Origin: Gemmatimonadales bacterium
GTDB taxonomy: Bacteria > Gemmatimonadota > Gemmatimonadetes > Gemmatimonadales > GWC2-71-9
DNA: 64,000 bases
Reading direction: 5' to 3'
Assembly: GCA_035637455.1 (NCBI GenBank)
Contig: DASPXE010000227.1
Location: 12,078 to 76,077 of the forward strand
Position numbers and translations under genes: made by a program. A model generated the notes under the pieces. The model was not told the origin of the DNA and made no database searches. It saw only the letters and a list, made by a program, of their open reading frames with translations. Below, piece by piece: positions 62,028-64,000 of this stretch (its first letter is position 1; every line of letters begins with the position of its first letter).

Positions 62028-63065
62028 TTACCGCCCTGTGCGGCCGACTTTCGGGCTCCCGCTCACCCCCACCTGCACCCCGAACACGTTTTCCCCTGAG
62101 TTGCGCCTCAGCCAGAGGAGCCGGGAGTTGACGTTCCACATCAGCGGGCCGCTGTAGAAGTCCCAGCCGAGGCCGCCGTGCAGCCCCTGGGCGACGCCGC
62201 GGTCGGGACCTTGGGTGTAGATACCGGCGAGGAGCACGCCGACCTCGCCGTACACCCGGCCCCAGGGAAGGCGTACGGAGGTCTCATAGCCCGGAGCGAA
62301 CAGGATCGCGTTGGGCTCATTGCAGCCCGCCGGCGAGCAGCTGGCGGTGAGTCGGAGCGGCGCGAAGTCGATCTGTAGGCCCACGGTGCCAGCCTTCTTG
62401 GTATCGCGGCGGAATCGCACCCCTACGAAAGGCGCGCGGCCCCGCAGCGACCCGGACATCGGAATGAAGACGCTCACCGTGGGCCCCACGGTCCCTTCCA
62501 AGAACTCACCCTTGTGCGGGCTGCCGAGCGCGACCGCCGCGTTGACCCGGGCTTCGAGCGACTGGATCTGGCTGCCCGGCACCTGCAGGAAGCGCCCTTC
62601 GAGCGCGGCCACGGCGCTGCTTCCGAGGTTGACTCGCACGCCGAGCCCGAACGCCAAAGCGATCTGACTCGACGTGGAGACGGTATCCTGGCACAGCAGC
62701 GGCGGGCACTGCGTCGCCGGCGCGGATTCCGTAACGCGCGCGAGGCCGAGCTCGGTCGTGGCGAAGGGCGCCACACCGCGGGCACCGATGGGATAGTAGT
62801 ACGAGTCCAGGCCGAACAGCGTCAGGCGTCGCACGCTGCCGTCCGTGGAGAGGTCGTTGTAGCGAGACACGGTCAAGCCAGTCTCTCCCTCCTCTCCGGT
62901 GATCAACGCCGCGGAGCCGCCGAACGACGAGAAGGGGTGGCCGTTGCCCGAGAGGTCCTCGAGCGTGATCGACGAATAGGTCGGACCAACCCGGAACTGC
63001 CGCTGGGCCGGCGCCGCCGTCGCGACCGTGAGCCCGAGCGCGGCGGCGAGGAGAGTCTTGTGCAT
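62028..63065 (-). CDS. hypothetical secreted protein, outer-membrane beta-barrel-like
   Basis: 345 aa. MHKTLLAAALGLTVATAAPAQ is a signal peptide. The rest shows alternating Gly/aromatic beta-strand-like segments. I recognised no family. Confidence 0.5.
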   Translation of the reverse strand: MHKTLLAAALGLTVATAAPAQRQFRVGPTYSSITLEDLSGNGHPFSSFGGSAALITGEEGETGLTVSRYNDLSTDGSVRRLTLFGLDSYYYPIGARGVAPFATTELGLARVTESAPATQCPPLLCQDTVSTSSQIALAFGLGVRVNLGSSAVAALEGRFLQVPGSQIQSLEARVNAAVALGSPHKGEFLEGTVGPTVSVFIPMSGSLRGRAPFVGVRFRRDTKKAGTVGLQIDFAPLRLTASCSPAGCNEPNAILFAPGYETSVRLPWGRVYGEVGVLLAGIYTQGPDRGVAQGLHGGLGWDFYSGPLMWNVNSRLLWLRRNSGENVFGVQVGVSGSPKVGRTGR

Positions 63066-63084
63066 GCACCAACAGGTAGCACCA

Positions 63085-63125
63085 GCGAGGGGCCGGATGC
63101 CGTGACTCGAATCACGGCCCCTCGC
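63085..63125. terminator. 11-bp GC-rich hairpin between two co-directional genes
   Basis: gcgaggggccg (63085-63095) pairs with cggcccctcgc (63115-63125). The 19-nt loop contains a 4-bp inner stem. No T tract follows on the minus strand. Confidence 0.4.
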
Positions 63126-63134
63126 GCGCGGAGA

Positions 63135-63557
63135 TCACTTCACCAGCAGCCCGATGAGCAATCCCGCGACGTTCATCCGGACGAGCCACGACCAGAACGT
63201 CGCCTTCAGCAGCGGTCGAACTTTGTCATACCACACTCCGCTCCCGAGGGTCGACAACGCGATGGTCGACAGCCAGAGGAGCGTCGCGAACTCCATCCCC
63301 GCCAGCGGGCCGCCGCCCTGCACCCACAGCCCGCCCTTGAGGCGTTGATAACCGCACGCCAGCAGCAGACCGAAGACGAGCGCCAGCGCGGCCGACTTCA
63401 ACATGGCCGGCAGCATCATCTTCTTTCGTTCCTCGGGCGTGGGCGGCATGGTGCCGAAGGCATGCATTTCCGGACCGGTGAAGATCTTCCCCCACATCAC
63501 GTAGTCCGCAAAGAACGCGCCGACGCCTGCGATCAGCCCCGCGACGATCCAGTTCAT
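63135..63557 (-). CDS. small integral membrane protein (possibly DUF1761-like)
   Basis: 140 aa with four hydrophobic helices (MNWIVAGLIAGVGAFFADYVMWG...). The family is assigned from memory only. Confidence 0.5.
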   Translation of the reverse strand: MNWIVAGLIAGVGAFFADYVMWGKIFTGPEMHAFGTMPPTPEERKKMMLPAMLKSAALALVFGLLLACGYQRLKGGLWVQGGGPLAGMEFATLLWLSTIALSTLGSGVWYDKVRPLLKATFWSWLVRMNVAGLLIGLLVK

Positions 63558-63585
63558 ACAGTGCCCTCTCCCGAAAGAGTGTGCG

Positions 63586-64000
63586 CTACTTCTTGCGCCG
63601 CCCGGGTACGCCGATCTCGGTCATGGCAGCGAGATCCAGCACCTCCTCCAAGTCCTTACCCTTGAGAATGCCCTTCTCGATCACCAGCTGGCGCACCGTG
63701 ACGTTCTTCGCCACCGCTTCTTTGGCGAGCTTGGCCGCCTCCGCGTAGCCGATCTTTGGGGCCAGTGCCGTGACCAGGGCCGGGCTGCGCTCGAGCCAGT
63801 GCTCGCACTGCGCCGGGTCGGCCTCGATGCCCTCCACGCACCGTTCCGCGAAGACGCGGGTGGCGTTGGTGAGGATCGTCAGCGTGAACAGCAGATTGTG
63901 GGCGATGACCGGCATCATAACATTCAGCTCGAGCTGTCCCGCCTCCGCGGCGGCCGCGATCGTCAGGTCGTTACCGAGCGCCTGGTAGCACACCATGTTG
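63586..64000 (-). CDS. aspA: aspartate ammonia-lyase / class II fumarase family, C-terminal part; the gene continues beyond the window
   Basis: AAAEAGQLELNVMMPVIAHNLL...LTNATRVFAERCVEGIEA...ALAPKIGYAEAAKLAKEA matches the aspartase-type C-terminus. The frame is open to the window edge. Confidence 0.75.
   Translation of the reverse strand, partial: NMVCYQALGNDLTIAAAAEAGQLELNVMMPVIAHNLLFTLTILTNATRVFAERCVEGIEADPAQCEHWLERSPALVTALAPKIGYAEAAKLAKEAVAKNVTVRQLVIEKGILKGKDLEEVLDLAAMTEIGVPGRRKK

Overview
This is a 64 kb, very GC-rich chromosomal segment. Every antisense frame carries long Arg/Pro/Gly-rich shadow ORFs. The host is a diderm bacterium (Tol-Pal, BamD, an LptD-like barrel and LPS-type nucleotide-sugar genes are present). 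I cannot assign a lineage without a database search.

The window is almost fully coding. I call 61 CDS and one tRNA-Leu(CAG). Everything is on the minus strand except rpmB and the tRNA. At least 15 gene junctions are 4-nt GTGA/ATGA start/stop overlaps.

Gene blocks by coordinate:
- polyprenyl diphosphate synthase (partial)
- a large TPR/proline-rich protein
- hutI-hutU-hutH
- a lipoprotein
- a TatC::LptD-like fusion ORF
- cpoB-pal-tolB-tolA-tolR-tolQ
- galE, hemA, a ccsA-like gene, a LysM protein, ssb
- rimI, tsaB, tsaE
- uvrB, rel, radC, secA, nadD
- bamD plus two TPR genes
- a nucleotide-sugar block: UDP-GlcA epimerase, uxs, ugd, wbpA/B/E/D-like, then murB and carB, then rmd and gmd
- rpmB, and the alpha operon rpmJ-rpsM-rpsK-rpsD-rpoA-rplQ
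- a small secreted protein, pyrF, pyrD, an Ala-rich lipoprotein, an amidase, smpB
- tRNA-Leu
- a sulfur-carrier cysteine cluster: Rrf2 regulator, rhodanese, cysM, a JAMM mec gene, and cysO fused to moeZ
- an outer-membrane-like protein, a small membrane protein, and aspA (partial)

I saw no transposase, integrase, CRISPR array, rRNA, prophage or recognisable defence genes.

The observations most worth a second look:
1. One uninterrupted frame joins a complete TatC to an LptD-like outer-membrane protein through a segment that looks like a cleavable signal peptide.
2. A CysO-type sulfur carrier is fused in frame to MoeZ. The codon where its stop is expected reads TCA, one base from TGA. A JAMM protease gene sits immediately upstream.
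3. There is a set of large hairpins whose two arms are each built from short tandem units of 7, 10 or 13 nt. Four sit in short gaps between co-directional genes. One lies inside the 5' coding region of cysM.

Start codons are my best reading of the sequence and several are uncertain. All function calls rest on motif recognition, not on searches.
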